Of a stretch of DNA of 64,000 nt, positions 44,628 to 55,539 are shown one piece after another. The DNA comes from Syntrophothermus sp. DTU052 (GTDB lineage: Bacteria > Bacillota > Syntrophomonadia > Syntrophomonadales > DTU052), in the NCBI GenBank assembly GCA_001512495.1, contig LFRU01000095.1:9480-73479 (forward strand). The letters run 5' to 3'. The notes below the pieces were generated by a model, which saw nothing but the letters and a program-made list of their open reading frames with translations, ran no database searches and was not told the DNA's origin. Position 1 is the stretch's first letter, and each line of letters opens with the position of its first letter. The position numbers and the translations under genes are program-made.

Positions 44628-46301
44628 TTGTCCGTAGGTATATCACAAATTCTGTTTTCATTTGTCGGCGGTTTGGGATTATTCTTATTCGGCCTTCGTT
44701 TCATGTCTGATGGTCTGCAAGCGGTGGCCGGAGACCGAATGCGCACGATTCTTGAAAAAGGAACCAGCAGCCCGATCAGAGGGGTCTTTACGGGTTTACT
44801 GGTTACGGGTCTAATCCAGAGCAGCAGTGCTACGACGGTGCTCACCGTCGGCTTGGTAAACGCTCAAATGCTTACTCTGCGCCAGGCCATCGGCGTGATA
44901 ATGGGTGCAAACATAGGCACTACCGTGACCGTCTACCTGATTGGTTTCAACCTGCAGGATTACGCCCTGCCCATACTGGGCTTGGGGGCTCTGATATACC
45001 TGTTCGCCAAGGTCAAGAGGACCCAGATGATAGGACAAACGTTGTTTGGTTTTGGCGTCCTTTTCTTTGGATTGAATCTCATGGGAACCGGGATGGCGCC
45101 TCTGAAGGATGTCGCCTTCTTTACCTCCTTGATGACCAGTATCGAGAACAATGCTTTAATAGGGGTGGCCATCGGAGCATTGATGACCATGATCATACAA
45201 AGCAGCAGTGCAACCATTGGTGTACTGCAGCAGCTGGCGTATCAGGGAGCGATAACCTATCAACAGGCAGTGCCGATTCTTTTCGGCGACAATATCGGTA
45301 CCACCATTACGGCCTTGCTGGCGAGCATTGGAACCAGTCTCGCCGCCAGGAGGACAGCCCTTACCCATACCCTGTTCAATGTGATCGGTACCTTGATTTT
45401 CCTTCCCTTATTCTTAATGGGGTATTTTGAAAAGCTGGTCGCTTTGTTCACCAATTATTTGTTTGTTTTCCTGCCCGGTTTTGTCGGCACCTGGGAGACG
45501 CTGAACATTAAACTGCAGATCGCTCAAACCCATGCGGTCTTTAATATCAGCAACACCATGATACAACTGCCGTTTGTAGCGGTGCTGGCGTGTATAGTTA
45601 CGCAGTTGATTCCGGGCAGAGAGGAAGATCTCGATCCTTACAGGCCCAAATTTATCGACCGCCGGTTCTTGAGCAATCCCTCCCTGGCCCTGGCCCAGGC
45701 GAAAAGGGAGACTCTGCATATGGCATCGATGGCCTTTGAGGCCTTCAATAATGCCATCGATCATTTCTACAACCCCCGGGAGGAAACCCTGGAGAAGAGC
45801 ATGGCTCTGGAAGCCGGGATCGATCGGCTGGAACGAGAGATAACTGATTTTGTGGTGGTGGCCTCACGGAAGCAGTTATCAGCGGCGGAATCGGTCAGCG
45901 CCAATATAATTCTGCAATCCCTCAATGATATCGAGCGGATTGGCGACCATTGCGAGAATATTATAGAACAGGCAGATTATGCCCAGAAAAACCAGGTCAA
46001 TTTCTCCGGTGAGGCCCAGGAAGAAATGCATAGCATAATTGAGATTACCAAACAAGCATTGATTTTAGCCTACCAAACCCTGGAACACCATGATGTTTCG
46101 GCGGCGAGACAGGTCCTGCCTCTGGAAGAAAAAATAGACGAACTGCAGGAGAATTACCGCAAAAACCACATTCGCCGGCTTAACGAAGGCATATGCAATG
46201 GCAGTAACGGGGCTGTGTTCCTGGATATGTTGACCAACCTGGAACGGATTGGCGACCATTGCCGCAATATAGCGCAGTATATTCTGGAGGAAGCCTCATA
46301 A
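44628..46301 (+). CDS. Na/Pi cotransporter family protein with C-terminal PhoU-like repeats
   Basis: Repeated QSSSATT/QSSSATIG motifs in the membrane domain. The C-terminus has two ERIGDHC PhoU-type motifs. Confidence 0.85.
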   Translation: MSVGISQILFSFVGGLGLFLFGLRFMSDGLQAVAGDRMRTILEKGTSSPIRGVFTGLLVTGLIQSSSATTVLTVGLVNAQMLTLRQAIGVIMGANIGTTVTVYLIGFNLQDYALPILGLGALIYLFAKVKRTQMIGQTLFGFGVLFFGLNLMGTGMAPLKDVAFFTSLMTSIENNALIGVAIGALMTMIIQSSSATIGVLQQLAYQGAITYQQAVPILFGDNIGTTITALLASIGTSLAARRTALTHTLFNVIGTLIFLPLFLMGYFEKLVALFTNYLFVFLPGFVGTWETLNIKLQIAQTHAVFNISNTMIQLPFVAVLACIVTQLIPGREEDLDPYRPKFIDRRFLSNPSLALAQAKRETLHMASMAFEAFNNAIDHFYNPREETLEKSMALEAGIDRLEREITDFVVVASRKQLSAAESVSANIILQSLNDIERIGDHCENIIEQADYAQKNQVNFSGEAQEEMHSIIEITKQALILAYQTLEHHDVSAARQVLPLEEKIDELQENYRKNHIRRLNEGICNGSNGAVFLDMLTNLERIGDHCRNIAQYILEEAS

Positions 46302-46520
46302 ACACTTCCATCCTGCCATAAGGAATACTCCTTGTCCGATTATCCTGGAGCCGTTTTAACCTCCTGGGTCTTTTTTCAAAGGAGCGTTGTTCTTTCCAAC
46401 AGCCTGGGGGTCTTGCGTTCTGCTCTTTTGGGATCGGCTGTCAAGTCCTGTATCAGACCAAAAGACTGCTATGGCCGGAAAGGCCTGCAATTGGTCATTC
46501 CCGGAAACTAAGACAACCCC

Positions 46521-46549
46521 TTGAATTCAAGAAAGATTTAAGTTATATA
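46521..46549 (+). promoter_or_regulatory. sigma-A-type promoter candidate for htpG
   Basis: TTGAAT, 17-nt spacer, TATATA. Confidence 0.4.
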
Positions 46550-46609
46550 TATTTATCGAAAATGATACCCGTTACGGGTCCTAATAGTAATTTTGTGAGG
46601 TGTTTTGCT

Positions 46610-48499
46610 GTGGAAAAGATTCAATTTAAGACTGAATCAAAACGACTATTGGACCTGATGATCAATTCGGTCTACACCAACCGGGAAATCTTTTTACGGG
46701 AATTAATCTCCAATGCCAGTGATGCCATCGACAAAATGTATTTTCGCTCTCTGACCGACCAGAACGTGGGTCTGGACCGGGAAGATTTTTTTATCAGAAT
46801 TGAGGTTGATAAAGAAAACCGGACGCTCACCGTAGTCGATAACGGCATCGGCATGAACCGGGACGAACTGGAAAACAATCTCGGAACTATTGCTCACAGC
46901 GGATCACTGGCATTCATGAAGGAAAACCCGGGGGTCGAAGACATTGAAATCATCGGCCAATTCGGGGTTGGCTTTTATTCGGCCTTCATGGTCAGTAAAC
47001 GCCTTACCGTGATTTCCCGGGCTTATGGTTCCGATCAGGCCTTCCAATGGGAATCCGAAGGACTGGATGGCTATACCATAACCCCTGCCGGCAAGGATAC
47101 TGTAGGGACGGCGGTCATTCTGAGTCTCAAGGAAAACACCGAAGAGGACAACTACGACGAGTATTTGGATACTTACCGGATCAAGTCGCTGGTTAAGAAG
47201 TACTCCGACTATATCCGCTATCCCATAAAGATGGATATTGAGAAGCGGCGGCTCAAAGAAGGCAGTGACAATGAGTATGAAAGCTACACCGAGACTGAAA
47301 CCTTAAACAGCATGGTTCCCATCTGGCGTCGCCAGAAAAACGAATTAAGCGATGCTGACTACCATTACTTCTACCGGGAGAAGTTTTTTGAGTTCGAGGA
47401 TCCCTTGCGGGTTATTCATAGCAGCACCGAAGGCAAAGCAACCTACAATGCGCTCCTGTTCGTTCCGGCCCGGATTCCATTTGATTATTACAGCAAAGAG
47501 TATGAAAAAGGCCTGCAGCTCTACTCCAACGGGGTATTAGTCATGGAGAAATGCCCCGACCTGCTGCCGGATCATTTCAGCTTTATCAAGGGGCTGGTCG
47601 ACTCGCAGGACCTTTCCCTGAATATATCGCGAGAGATGCTGCAGCATGATCGTCAATTAAAGCTCATCGCTCAGAGCCTGGAAAGGAAGATTAAGAGTGA
47701 ACTCCTGGCCATGTTGAACAACGAGCGCGAAGCCTATGAGAAATTCTTTAAGAACTTCGGTCTGCAGCTGAAATGGGGTGTTTACAACAACTTTGGTGCC
47801 CATAAAGAACTCCTGAAGCCCCTGCTCATGTTCCATTCCTCACGGGAAAAGAAGCTGGTCACCATTGAGGAATATATTTCGCGGATGAAGGAAGACCAAA
47901 AGTATATCTATTATGCCTGCGGCAAAAACATCGACAGCATTGACCGCCTCCCCCAAACGGAACTGGTCAAGGACAAGGGATATGAAATCCTGTATCTGGT
48001 CGACGATATTGATGAGTTTGCCCTGAAAATGCTCCACGATTACGATGGCAAAGAGTTTAAGTCCGTTTCCAGCGGCGACCTGGGTTTGGAGACCGAGGAA
48101 GAGAAAGAGTCGGCTCAGAAACAGGCTGAGGATTACAAAGAACTGTTTACCTTTATGAAGGAGGCTCTCAATGGCAAGGCCAAAGAAGTGCGCCTCTCCC
48201 CCCGGCTTAAATCCCATCCGGTCTGCTTGACCAGTGAGGGAGCACTGTCGTTGGAAATGGAAAAGGTGCTAAACTCACTGCCTTCGGAACACAAGGTCAA
48301 GGCGGATCGGATTCTGGAGATTAACGCCGGCCATCCCATTTTTGAGACCCTTAATAAGCTGTACGAGGCTGACAGGGACAAGCTGAAAACCTATAGTGAA
48401 ATCCTCTATAATCAGGCCCTCTTGATTGAAGGCCTGCCGCTTGAAGACCCGGTGGCCTTTTCCAATGCGGTTTGCGATCTGATGGCGGAAAAGGTGTAA
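46610..48499 (+). CDS. htpG: molecular chaperone HtpG (Hsp90)
   Basis: [18 protein letters not shown] and [13 protein letters not shown] motifs. GTG 46610 gives the canonical N-terminus (EKIQFKTE...). The track start 46562 adds 16 unlikely residues. Confidence 0.9.
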   Translation: MEKIQFKTESKRLLDLMINSVYTNREIFLRELISNASDAIDKMYFRSLTDQNVGLDREDFFIRIEVDKENRTLTVVDNGIGMNRDELENNLGTIAHSGSLAFMKENPGVEDIEIIGQFGVGFYSAFMVSKRLTVISRAYGSDQAFQWESEGLDGYTITPAGKDTVGTAVILSLKENTEEDNYDEYLDTYRIKSLVKKYSDYIRYPIKMDIEKRRLKEGSDNEYESYTETETLNSMVPIWRRQKNELSDADYHYFYREKFFEFEDPLRVIHSSTEGKATYNALLFVPARIPFDYYSKEYEKGLQLYSNGVLVMEKCPDLLPDHFSFIKGLVDSQDLSLNISREMLQHDRQLKLIAQSLERKIKSELLAMLNNEREAYEKFFKNFGLQLKWGVYNNFGAHKELLKPLLMFHSSREKKLVTIEEYISRMKEDQKYIYYACGKNIDSIDRLPQTELVKDKGYEILYLVDDIDEFALKMLHDYDGKEFKSVSSGDLGLETEEEKESAQKQAEDYKELFTFMKEALNGKAKEVRLSPRLKSHPVCLTSEGALSLEMEKVLNSLPSEHKVKADRILEINAGHPIFETLNKLYEADRDKLKTYSEILYNQALLIEGLPLEDPVAFSNAVCDLMAEKV

Positions 48500-48542
48500 T
48501 TCGGAGGGCAGTAAAACCAAACGCATGACCACTTTAATGGAG

Positions 48543-48580
48543 AACGAGGGAACCCGGTTACGGGCTCCCTCGTTGATTTT
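48543..48580. terminator. hairpin terminator between convergent htpG and the SLH gene
   Basis: AACGAGGGA...TCCCTCGTT outer stem with an inner CCCG/CGGG, followed by GATTTT. Confidence 0.6.
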
Positions 48581-48651
48581 CCGGCGGTACAGCTGCCGGA
48601 GCCGTGTTCATTTTCTTCTTAAATGTCAGCCGGGACTCCCCGGTCGCTCGA

Positions 48652-50607
48652 TTAATCTTCTTCCAGGTGAATCAGGAATTTCCCGGTGCTTCCCTGCCAG
48701 TTGGTGTCAAGCACCTTGTATTCAACCCCGGCTATACGTATCCTGGCCCCGATCAGGTTGTAGTTGGTACCCTTATAGCTGTAACGGGTGGGATCAAGGA
48801 TAATCACGTCGTCAAAGTCTCTCCAGTTCCCACCGGTATAGATGTAAACCGGATTAGTGATGCTTGCCTGCAGCAGCAGACCCTTGCTGTAGAAAAGGTA
48901 ATTGGTGGGCTGTCCGGAACTGGTAGACGATTCTGAAGCCCTGATTACCACCATGTTCAGGGTGGTGTCATAATCAATCTCGTCAATATCATGGATCCGG
49001 CCGTTAAAGCGGCACTTAAAGGAGGCATCCAGATTATACTGGCGCCCGCCGATGCGCATAACGTTGCGGCTTACCACCAAAACGCTGTCAAGATCATAGG
49101 GAGTACCATCCCTGATTATCTGCACCTCGTCAACGTCATAGTATTCATTATTGATGCGCACCTTGTCAAAATCGGCCAATTCACAGTAAAAGGTGAATTG
49201 CCTATCATAGACCCTGATGCCTTCAATGGTGTAGTACTCGCCGTCGATTATCATGGTTACATCGTCCGGTTCATAGGTCTTGTTGTCGACACTGAAATTG
49301 CCTGAAGCATCAATTGTGACCTCGTTGAGGTAGTACCGGGTGTTGTTGATAACAAAATCAATGCGGGAAATGCGGCTCATATTAAGCCTTGAGTTCCCAA
49401 CATATATATCCGCAATGTCAGACAGGGTAAGGCGGTTATAGATAACCGGATCGGTTTCGGTTAGCTCCAGCGCAGTGTCATCTGCAGTCAGGATAACCCT
49501 TTCCACAATATAGAACTGGTTGCCCGGGGCGATGGTAACCGATCTGTCGCGCAGGTCAATCTGCTTTCCATCCACCCTGACTGTGTACCGGTCGATGATC
49601 TCCATGTCATAAAGGTAGTAATCGCCGTAAACCCGACCAATGTAGAGCCTAACGTACTCCGGGTCATACCGCAGATTGCCCAGGGCCAAACGGTTGAGCC
49701 GCATGGATTCAGGAACTACAAAGAGGCTGCTGCCGGAGACGCTGAGGCTTCTAACCACATAGCGGTTGTTATTTACAATCAGATCGGGGTAGCCGGTCCC
49801 GGCGTTCAAAGAATACAGGTAGGCGTTATTGACGAAGAGAGAATTCCCCGAGTATCTGAGGGTATTAATCCGGACCTCATTAAACCCGATTTTCAGGTAC
49901 ACCGGCGTGGTCAGGAAATCGTAGGTGCGGCCGCCCACCACGATCCGGTTTAGAATCCCGGAACCCAAAGAGGGAGAGGTAATTTTTTGGGAAAGCTTTT
50001 TGAGCATGGCGCAGGACTGGGCGCGGGTGACCGGGGTAGACGGCCTGAAGGTTCCGTCATTATAACCTGCAATCAATCCCAGGTTGTACGCCGATACTAT
50101 ATACCCACGATAAATGCTCCTGTCCACGTCAGATTTATCGGCAAAGGTAGTGGCACTGCTGCTGGGAGGCTGCCCCAGGGCCCTTACCATCATGGCTGCG
50201 GCCTCGCTGCGTTTCAACGCCTGATCGGGTTTGAAGGTGCCGGAGTACTCGCTTGTCACTACAATACCCTCACTGACGGCCCGGTTGATCAGGCCCCGGG
50301 CCCAGTGATTTCGGATATCACTGAAGCTGTCGGTTCCCGAACTGGAAGCATTAAGCCCCTTTATGTTCATGATTATCGTCAGGAATTCGGCCCGGCTAAT
50401 AGTGCGGTCCGGGCGAAAGGTATTGTCGGGATAGCCTTTTATGTACCCCTCATTCACGAGGTCATTAATATCCTGTTTCGCCCAGTGATTATCGATGTCG
50501 GTAAAGGCTGCGGCTGTTGCCCCGGTAAACGGAGCCAGTAAAAACATGCTGATTACCATGCCGACCAAAAGCAACCTGACAGTCGTTCGTTTTCGCATTA
50601 CGCTCAT
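48652..50607 (-). CDS. S-layer-homology (SLH) domain cell-surface protein with a degenerate repeat region
   Basis: Signal peptide, then three SLH repeats (FTDIDNHWAKQDINDLV..., FSDIRNHWARGLINRAV..., FADKSDVDRSIYRGYIVSAY...). A ~430-aa region of short repeats follows. Confidence 0.8.
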   Translation of the reverse strand: MSVMRKRTTVRLLLVGMVISMFLLAPFTGATAAAFTDIDNHWAKQDINDLVNEGYIKGYPDNTFRPDRTISRAEFLTIIMNIKGLNASSSGTDSFSDIRNHWARGLINRAVSEGIVVTSEYSGTFKPDQALKRSEAAAMMVRALGQPPSSSATTFADKSDVDRSIYRGYIVSAYNLGLIAGYNDGTFRPSTPVTRAQSCAMLKKLSQKITSPSLGSGILNRIVVGGRTYDFLTTPVYLKIGFNEVRINTLRYSGNSLFVNNAYLYSLNAGTGYPDLIVNNNRYVVRSLSVSGSSLFVVPESMRLNRLALGNLRYDPEYVRLYIGRVYGDYYLYDMEIIDRYTVRVDGKQIDLRDRSVTIAPGNQFYIVERVILTADDTALELTETDPVIYNRLTLSDIADIYVGNSRLNMSRISRIDFVINNTRYYLNEVTIDASGNFSVDNKTYEPDDVTMIIDGEYYTIEGIRVYDRQFTFYCELADFDKVRINNEYYDVDEVQIIRDGTPYDLDSVLVVSRNVMRIGGRQYNLDASFKCRFNGRIHDIDEIDYDTTLNMVVIRASESSTSSGQPTNYLFYSKGLLLQASITNPVYIYTGGNWRDFDDVIILDPTRYSYKGTNYNLIGARIRIAGVEYKVLDTNWQGSTGKFLIHLEED

Positions 50608-50727
50608 AACCTCCTTATCCCATTAAATCATTTATTTATAATATTACGTAACCACACGGCCGGATCTTTCGCCAGGAAACGGTAAAGAACACCAGGTGTG
50701 GCGCCGTTAATGCCAAGGTTTAGGGCG

Positions 50728-51303
50728 CTACCATTCTGAAACCCTCTTTTGCGGCAGGATCTCCGTGTGCACCCGTTCCAGGGTTTCAGCAGCCTCCGGC
50801 TGGGCGTAGTGGATACAGCGGCCCAGATAGAGCTTTTCCCAGGATTTCCAGTGGTGAGCGTATTCCTCCTTGCTCATCCAGTCGGGAATTTCGCGAGCCG
50901 AGGCCTGTAGACCGGCGTTGACTGCATTCATAATTAGTTCTTCCAAATGGAAACACCCTTCGGAGTTGATCAGGGCCTGCTTGACCGCTCGGCTGAAACC
51001 AGGGCCGACCTTGGCACCGACCAGCTTTTTAATGGAGGGCATGGCTTCTTTGCAGATGGGGAAGGGAGTCTTCAGGGCTTCTGCATGGGCCTCTATGATC
51101 TCGCTCCTGAAAAAATCGATTACCATATCCACTTTCAGGTGATGCAGGTCATCTTTTAACTCCCCCTCCACCCGATATCCCTGGTTCGGTATATCGGTAC
51201 ACCTGACTATCACTTCGCGGGTATAGGACAACACTATCATCCCTTCTGTATATATAGTATATAAGTTTGATAATACTGCCTGCGGCACCGGCGCCCCAAC
51301 CAT
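50728..51303 (-). CDS. DUF2889-like hypothetical protein
   Basis: 191 aa. The HHLKVDM...EGCFHLEELI pattern resembles my memory of DUF2889. Start ambiguous (51303 or 51240). Confidence 0.4.
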   Translation of the reverse strand: MVGAPVPQAVLSNLYTIYTEGMIVLSYTREVIVRCTDIPNQGYRVEGELKDDLHHLKVDMVIDFFRSEIIEAHAEALKTPFPICKEAMPSIKKLVGAKVGPGFSRAVKQALINSEGCFHLEELIMNAVNAGLQASAREIPDWMSKEEYAHHWKSWEKLYLGRCIHYAQPEAAETLERVHTEILPQKRVSEW

Positions 51304-51496
51304 ATGCCCCTGACGGGTTTTACGGTAAATTCCGTGGCATGGTAAGGCTTATACCAGCAGCTCTCGGCAGACATTCCAGCCCATCCCCATACCAACCTGT
51401 ATATGGCCGGGAGGTGCATAGGCTGGAGGCCAACACCCAGTTACCGTACCTGATTAATATAAGTATACCAATAACTCAATTTAGGGAATAGGCCGG

Positions 51497-51525
51497 TTGG
51501 GCAAGTTAAAGTACTGTGATATAAT
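51497..51525 (+). promoter_or_regulatory. sigma-A-type promoter with extended -10
   Basis: TTGGGC, 17-nt spacer, TATAAT, with TGa immediately upstream of the -10 (TGnTATAAT). Confidence 0.5.
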
Positions 51526-51555
51526 GCGGATATCTGAACGGGGGAGAAGAAAGAT

Positions 51556-54177
51556 TTGGACATAATCACTTCTCATAACAGTCTTGATTTTGACGGCCTG
51601 GCCGCCATGGTGGCGGCGACCAAGCTGTTTCCCCATGCTATTCCCGTAATACCGGGTACCCTGTCCAAGAACGTGCGCCATTTCATGGGACTTTATAAAG
51701 ACAGTCTGGTGTTCCGAACCCCTCATGAGATTGATTTGGATGCGGTGGAACGGGTTATTCTGGTGGATACCAGGAACCCGGCCCGTCTCGGTTCATTAAA
51801 AGGTCTGGAAGGGCGAAACTGCGAGTTCATTATATTTGATCATCATCCGGATGGACCGGGCGATATTCACGGGATCATTAATGAAGTCCATATGGTGGGC
51901 GCAGTGACCACAATCCTGGTGGAGAAAATACAGCATGAGGACATCCCCTTAACCCCTTTTGAAGCCACTATCCTGGCCCTGGGGATCTATGAGGATACCG
52001 GCAGCCTGCTTTTTACTTCCACCACCTACCGCGATGTGGAAGCAGCTGCTTATCTGCTGCGCCAGGGAGCCGACCTCTCAGTAGTGGCCAGTTTCATGGA
52101 AGAGCCTTTTTCTGATGAACAGCGGCAGCTGCTGCAGAAGCTGCTGTCCGATATCAGGCGCTACCGGGTTAACGGCCTAGATATCGTTCTGGCTACCGGG
52201 GATGAAAAGAGATATACATCCGGACTGGACGTGGTTACTCACCATCTAATGGAAGTGGTAGCCGGTGATGCAATATTTGTGGTGGTGATAATGCAGGGCA
52301 AAGCTCAGGTGGTGGCTCGGAGCCGGACCCCAAATGTTCAGGTAAACAAGATCCTGTCCCCGCTGGGGGGGCATGGACATGGAATGGCAGCTTCAGCCGT
52401 TATCAAGAAGCCTGATTTGGAAAAGATCGAGAGGGAAATACTGGAACAGGTGGCAGAAAAATCGGGCAGGGTGATGTCGGCTAGCGACATAATGTCGAGC
52501 CCGGTGAAAACAATACCGGTTAACGTGACCATGGATGAGGCAGGAAAGATTATGCTCCGCTACGGGCATACCGGGATGCCGGTGATGGATGGGGATCATC
52601 TGGTGGGAATAATCTCACGCCGGGATGTGGATAAGGCCAGGATTCATAATCTGGGACACGCCCCGGTTAAGGGTTTTATGACCCAGGAAGTGGTCACGGT
52701 TTCACCGAATACCGGGGTGGGGGAGATCCGCAGAATCGTGGTAGAACAGGATATCGGGCGCGTGCCGGTGGTGGATCGAGGACGATTGGTCGGGATCGTA
52801 TCCCGTACGGATCTGCTGCGCACCATGCATGGTGACCAGTATCCCGAGGACCATACGGTAATGTATAACCGGAGAGAACACGGATTGATTAGTGATCACC
52901 GCGATACCCTGGAGTATCGCCTCCCCAAACGGATTAAGGACATCCTCAAGACTGCGGGAATGATTGCCGACGATATGGGAATAAACGTCTACTGTGTGGG
53001 AGGGTTTGTCCGCGACCTGCTACTGAAGGTTAAAAACTTTGACGTGGATCTGGTGGTAGAAGGGGACGGGATTGAGTTTGCTGAAAAGCTGGCTGTCACG
53101 GTGGGTGGGAGAGCTCGGTCCCATGAAAGGTTTCGAACCGCGGTAGTCCTGCTGCCGGATGGGTTCAAGATCGATGTGGCCACGGCCCGGACCGAATACT
53201 ACGAATATCCCGCCGCTCTGCCGAGGGTGGAGAGATCCTCAATTAGAGAAGATATGTACCGCCGTGACTTTACCATCAATACTATGGCAATCTGCCTGAA
53301 TGGTCAGAGATATGGAGAAATGATTGACTATTTTGGCGGACAGCAAGATCTGGAACAGGGACTGATCCGGGTATTATATAACCTGAGCTTTGTCGAGGAT
53401 CCCACCCGGATTATACGTGCTATCCGCTTCGAAGCCCGTTACAAGTTTCGCATCGAGCCGGATACCCTGCAGATGGCCCGTTATGCCGTACAACGCCGGC
53501 TGCTTAAGCACCTGTCTTACAAGCGGATCCGGCAGGAACTGGTACTGATCCTGGAGGAAAAGGACCCGGTGCCGGCTCTTCGCCGTATGGAGGATATCGG
53601 GGTATGGCAGTATGTACTGCCTGAGGTCAATTTGAATGAAAAGATGAGGTACACACTGAGCCGGGTGCCCCGGGTCCTGGGATGGCTGGCGGAGAGGGAA
53701 TTGGGAACCGGAGTTCGCCCCTGGGTGGTCTATATGGAAGTATTGTGCTCCCAGTTGGATCAGGCCAAGCTGCAATCGCTGATTAACCGCTTTCACTTTG
53801 ACCGGGAGACTGAACGATCACTGGGCCGGATAAAGGATATTATGGAGTTGGCTCAGGATTTTCAGCGTCACGAAGCCATGCCCTTCAGCCAGTTGGATCT
53901 TCTCCTGCGGGGATACTCCATGGAGAACATCGTCTTTTTCCTGCTCTGCCTGGACCGGGAATGGGCATGGGAGAAGGCGGTCCGGTACCTGGAGTTGGTC
54001 CGGGATGTAAAAGTGGTTGTGAACGGTAATGATCTAAAAAGAATGGGGATAAAGCCCGGTCCCATTTACAAGGTGCTGCTGGACAGATTACGAGCCGCGC
54101 GCCTGGACCAAGAGGTAACCTCTTATGAGGACGAGATGAAAATAGTGCAAAAGTGGATGGAGGATAGTTCATGTTAA
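51556..54177 (+). CDS. DHH/DHHA1 - CBS pair - tRNA nucleotidyltransferase/poly(A) polymerase family fusion protein
   Basis: N-terminal DHH motifs (HNSLDFDGLAA, FDHHPDG), two CBS domains, then GGFVRDLLL and DVDLVVEGD nucleotidyltransferase head motifs. Confidence 0.8.
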   Translation: MDIITSHNSLDFDGLAAMVAATKLFPHAIPVIPGTLSKNVRHFMGLYKDSLVFRTPHEIDLDAVERVILVDTRNPARLGSLKGLEGRNCEFIIFDHHPDGPGDIHGIINEVHMVGAVTTILVEKIQHEDIPLTPFEATILALGIYEDTGSLLFTSTTYRDVEAAAYLLRQGADLSVVASFMEEPFSDEQRQLLQKLLSDIRRYRVNGLDIVLATGDEKRYTSGLDVVTHHLMEVVAGDAIFVVVIMQGKAQVVARSRTPNVQVNKILSPLGGHGHGMAASAVIKKPDLEKIEREILEQVAEKSGRVMSASDIMSSPVKTIPVNVTMDEAGKIMLRYGHTGMPVMDGDHLVGIISRRDVDKARIHNLGHAPVKGFMTQEVVTVSPNTGVGEIRRIVVEQDIGRVPVVDRGRLVGIVSRTDLLRTMHGDQYPEDHTVMYNRREHGLISDHRDTLEYRLPKRIKDILKTAGMIADDMGINVYCVGGFVRDLLLKVKNFDVDLVVEGDGIEFAEKLAVTVGGRARSHERFRTAVVLLPDGFKIDVATARTEYYEYPAALPRVERSSIREDMYRRDFTINTMAICLNGQRYGEMIDYFGGQQDLEQGLIRVLYNLSFVEDPTRIIRAIRFEARYKFRIEPDTLQMARYAVQRRLLKHLSYKRIRQELVLILEEKDPVPALRRMEDIGVWQYVLPEVNLNEKMRYTLSRVPRVLGWLAERELGTGVRPWVVYMEVLCSQLDQAKLQSLINRFHFDRETERSLGRIKDIMELAQDFQRHEAMPFSQLDLLLRGYSMENIVFFLLCLDREWAWEKAVRYLELVRDVKVVVNGNDLKRMGIKPGPIYKVLLDRLRAARLDQEVTSYEDEMKIVQKWMEDSSC

Positions 54178-54803
54178 ATCTGCCAAGTATTAGAGAGCTG
54201 CTGATAATACTTCCGGGTCTTTTAATTGCGCTGTCCTTCCATGAGTATGCCCACGCGCGAGCCGCTGATTATCTGGGAGATGATACGCCCTACTACCAGG
54301 GGAGACTGACCCTGAATCCCCTGGCACATATCGACTGGCTGGGTTTCTTTATGCTGCTGCTGGTGAAGTTTGGCTGGGCCCGGCCGGTGCAGGTTAATCC
54401 CCTTAACTTTAAAGGTGTTGATATGCGAAAGGGAATGATGCTGGTTTCGCTGGCGGGTCCCGGGATGAACTTCCTCCTGGCAATAGCAACGGCCGTAGTG
54501 ATGAAAATTGTTTATTCCATGCCTCATACTGACAATACGGTTATTGCCATGACCCTCTTGCAGCCGCTCCTGCTGTACAATGTGGTTCTTGGGGTCTTTA
54601 ATCTGATACCGGTTCCGCCCCTGGATGGATCCAAGATCCTGGCCGGGATACTGCCTGACAGCCAGGTGGTTGTGCTTGACAACCTGGAGCGTTACGGTCC
54701 CATAATTCTGTTGGTACTCGTTTTTTCCGGGCTGATAGGCACGATACTGTGGCCGATACTCAATTTTATCCTCGGGCTCCTCAGCAATTTCATCTTTACA
54801 TAG
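54171..54803 (+). CDS. site-2 protease family (M50) membrane metalloprotease
   Basis: HEYAHA zinc motif within a TM helix, a downstream NLIPVPPLDGSK motif, and a polytopic profile. Confidence 0.8.
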   Translation: MLNLPSIRELLIILPGLLIALSFHEYAHARAADYLGDDTPYYQGRLTLNPLAHIDWLGFFMLLLVKFGWARPVQVNPLNFKGVDMRKGMMLVSLAGPGMNFLLAIATAVVMKIVYSMPHTDNTVIAMTLLQPLLLYNVVLGVFNLIPVPPLDGSKILAGILPDSQVVVLDNLERYGPIILLVLVFSGLIGTILWPILNFILGLLSNFIFT

Positions 54804-54816
54804 ACGGAGGCCGGAA

Positions 54817-55539
54817 ATGGGTTATTCGGTCAAACTGGATAACTACGAGGGACCGCTGGATCTGCTGCTGAAGCTCATTGAACAGAACCGGGTTGATATC
54901 TATGATATCCCCATCGCCAGCATCACCGACCAGTACCTGGCAGCCTTGGAAACCATGGCTGAGGTGGATCTGGAAGTGTTGGCTGACTTTCTGTTGATGG
55001 CAGCAACCCTGATCAACATCAAGACCCGGCTGCTCCTGCCGCGCCCGCAGGTGGAGGAGACCGGGGAGGATGAAGAGGACCCGCGGCATGACCTGGTCAA
55101 CCGGCTGGTGGAGTATCGTAATTTCAAGGCAATGGCCCGAGTGCTGGAGCAGAGATATGAAGGGAGGCTGCCCCGGGTCTATTTCCGTGAGCCCTGGGAA
55201 CTGGAACCGCAAAGAGAGGTGCGTGCCACCCTATCGCAGTTGGTCCAAGCGTTCAAGAATGTCTGGATCCAGAAAGAAGATACGGAGATCCCGGTCAGGC
55301 TTCCAGAAGGGGATATAGACATTTATGAAAAAATGCAGGTTATTGAGGAGAGCTGTCACAGGCACCGCCTTCTGACATTACAGGACCTCTTTGCGGGTGC
55401 GGCCGGCAGGAGAGAGGCTCTGGTGCTCTTTCTGGCTCTGCTGGAGCTGATACGATTGGGGCGGGTGACAGCGGTGCAGACCGAGCCGTTCGGCATGATA
55501 TCGATCATGAAAACACGGAGCCGTCAAAATGCTGATTAG
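54817..55539 (+). CDS. scpA: segregation and condensation protein A
   Basis: KLDNYEGPLDLLLKLIEQNRVDIYDIPIASITDQYL is the canonical ScpA N-terminus. Confidence 0.9.
   Translation: MGYSVKLDNYEGPLDLLLKLIEQNRVDIYDIPIASITDQYLAALETMAEVDLEVLADFLLMAATLINIKTRLLLPRPQVEETGEDEEDPRHDLVNRLVEYRNFKAMARVLEQRYEGRLPRVYFREPWELEPQREVRATLSQLVQAFKNVWIQKEDTEIPVRLPEGDIDIYEKMQVIEESCHRHRLLTLQDLFAGAAGRREALVLFLALLELIRLGRVTAVQTEPFGMISIMKTRSRQNAD

Noticed and set aside
46302-46609. CIRCE (HrcA) operator upstream of htpG.
   Set aside because: No TTAGCACTC-N9-GAGTGCTAA-like inverted repeat is present.
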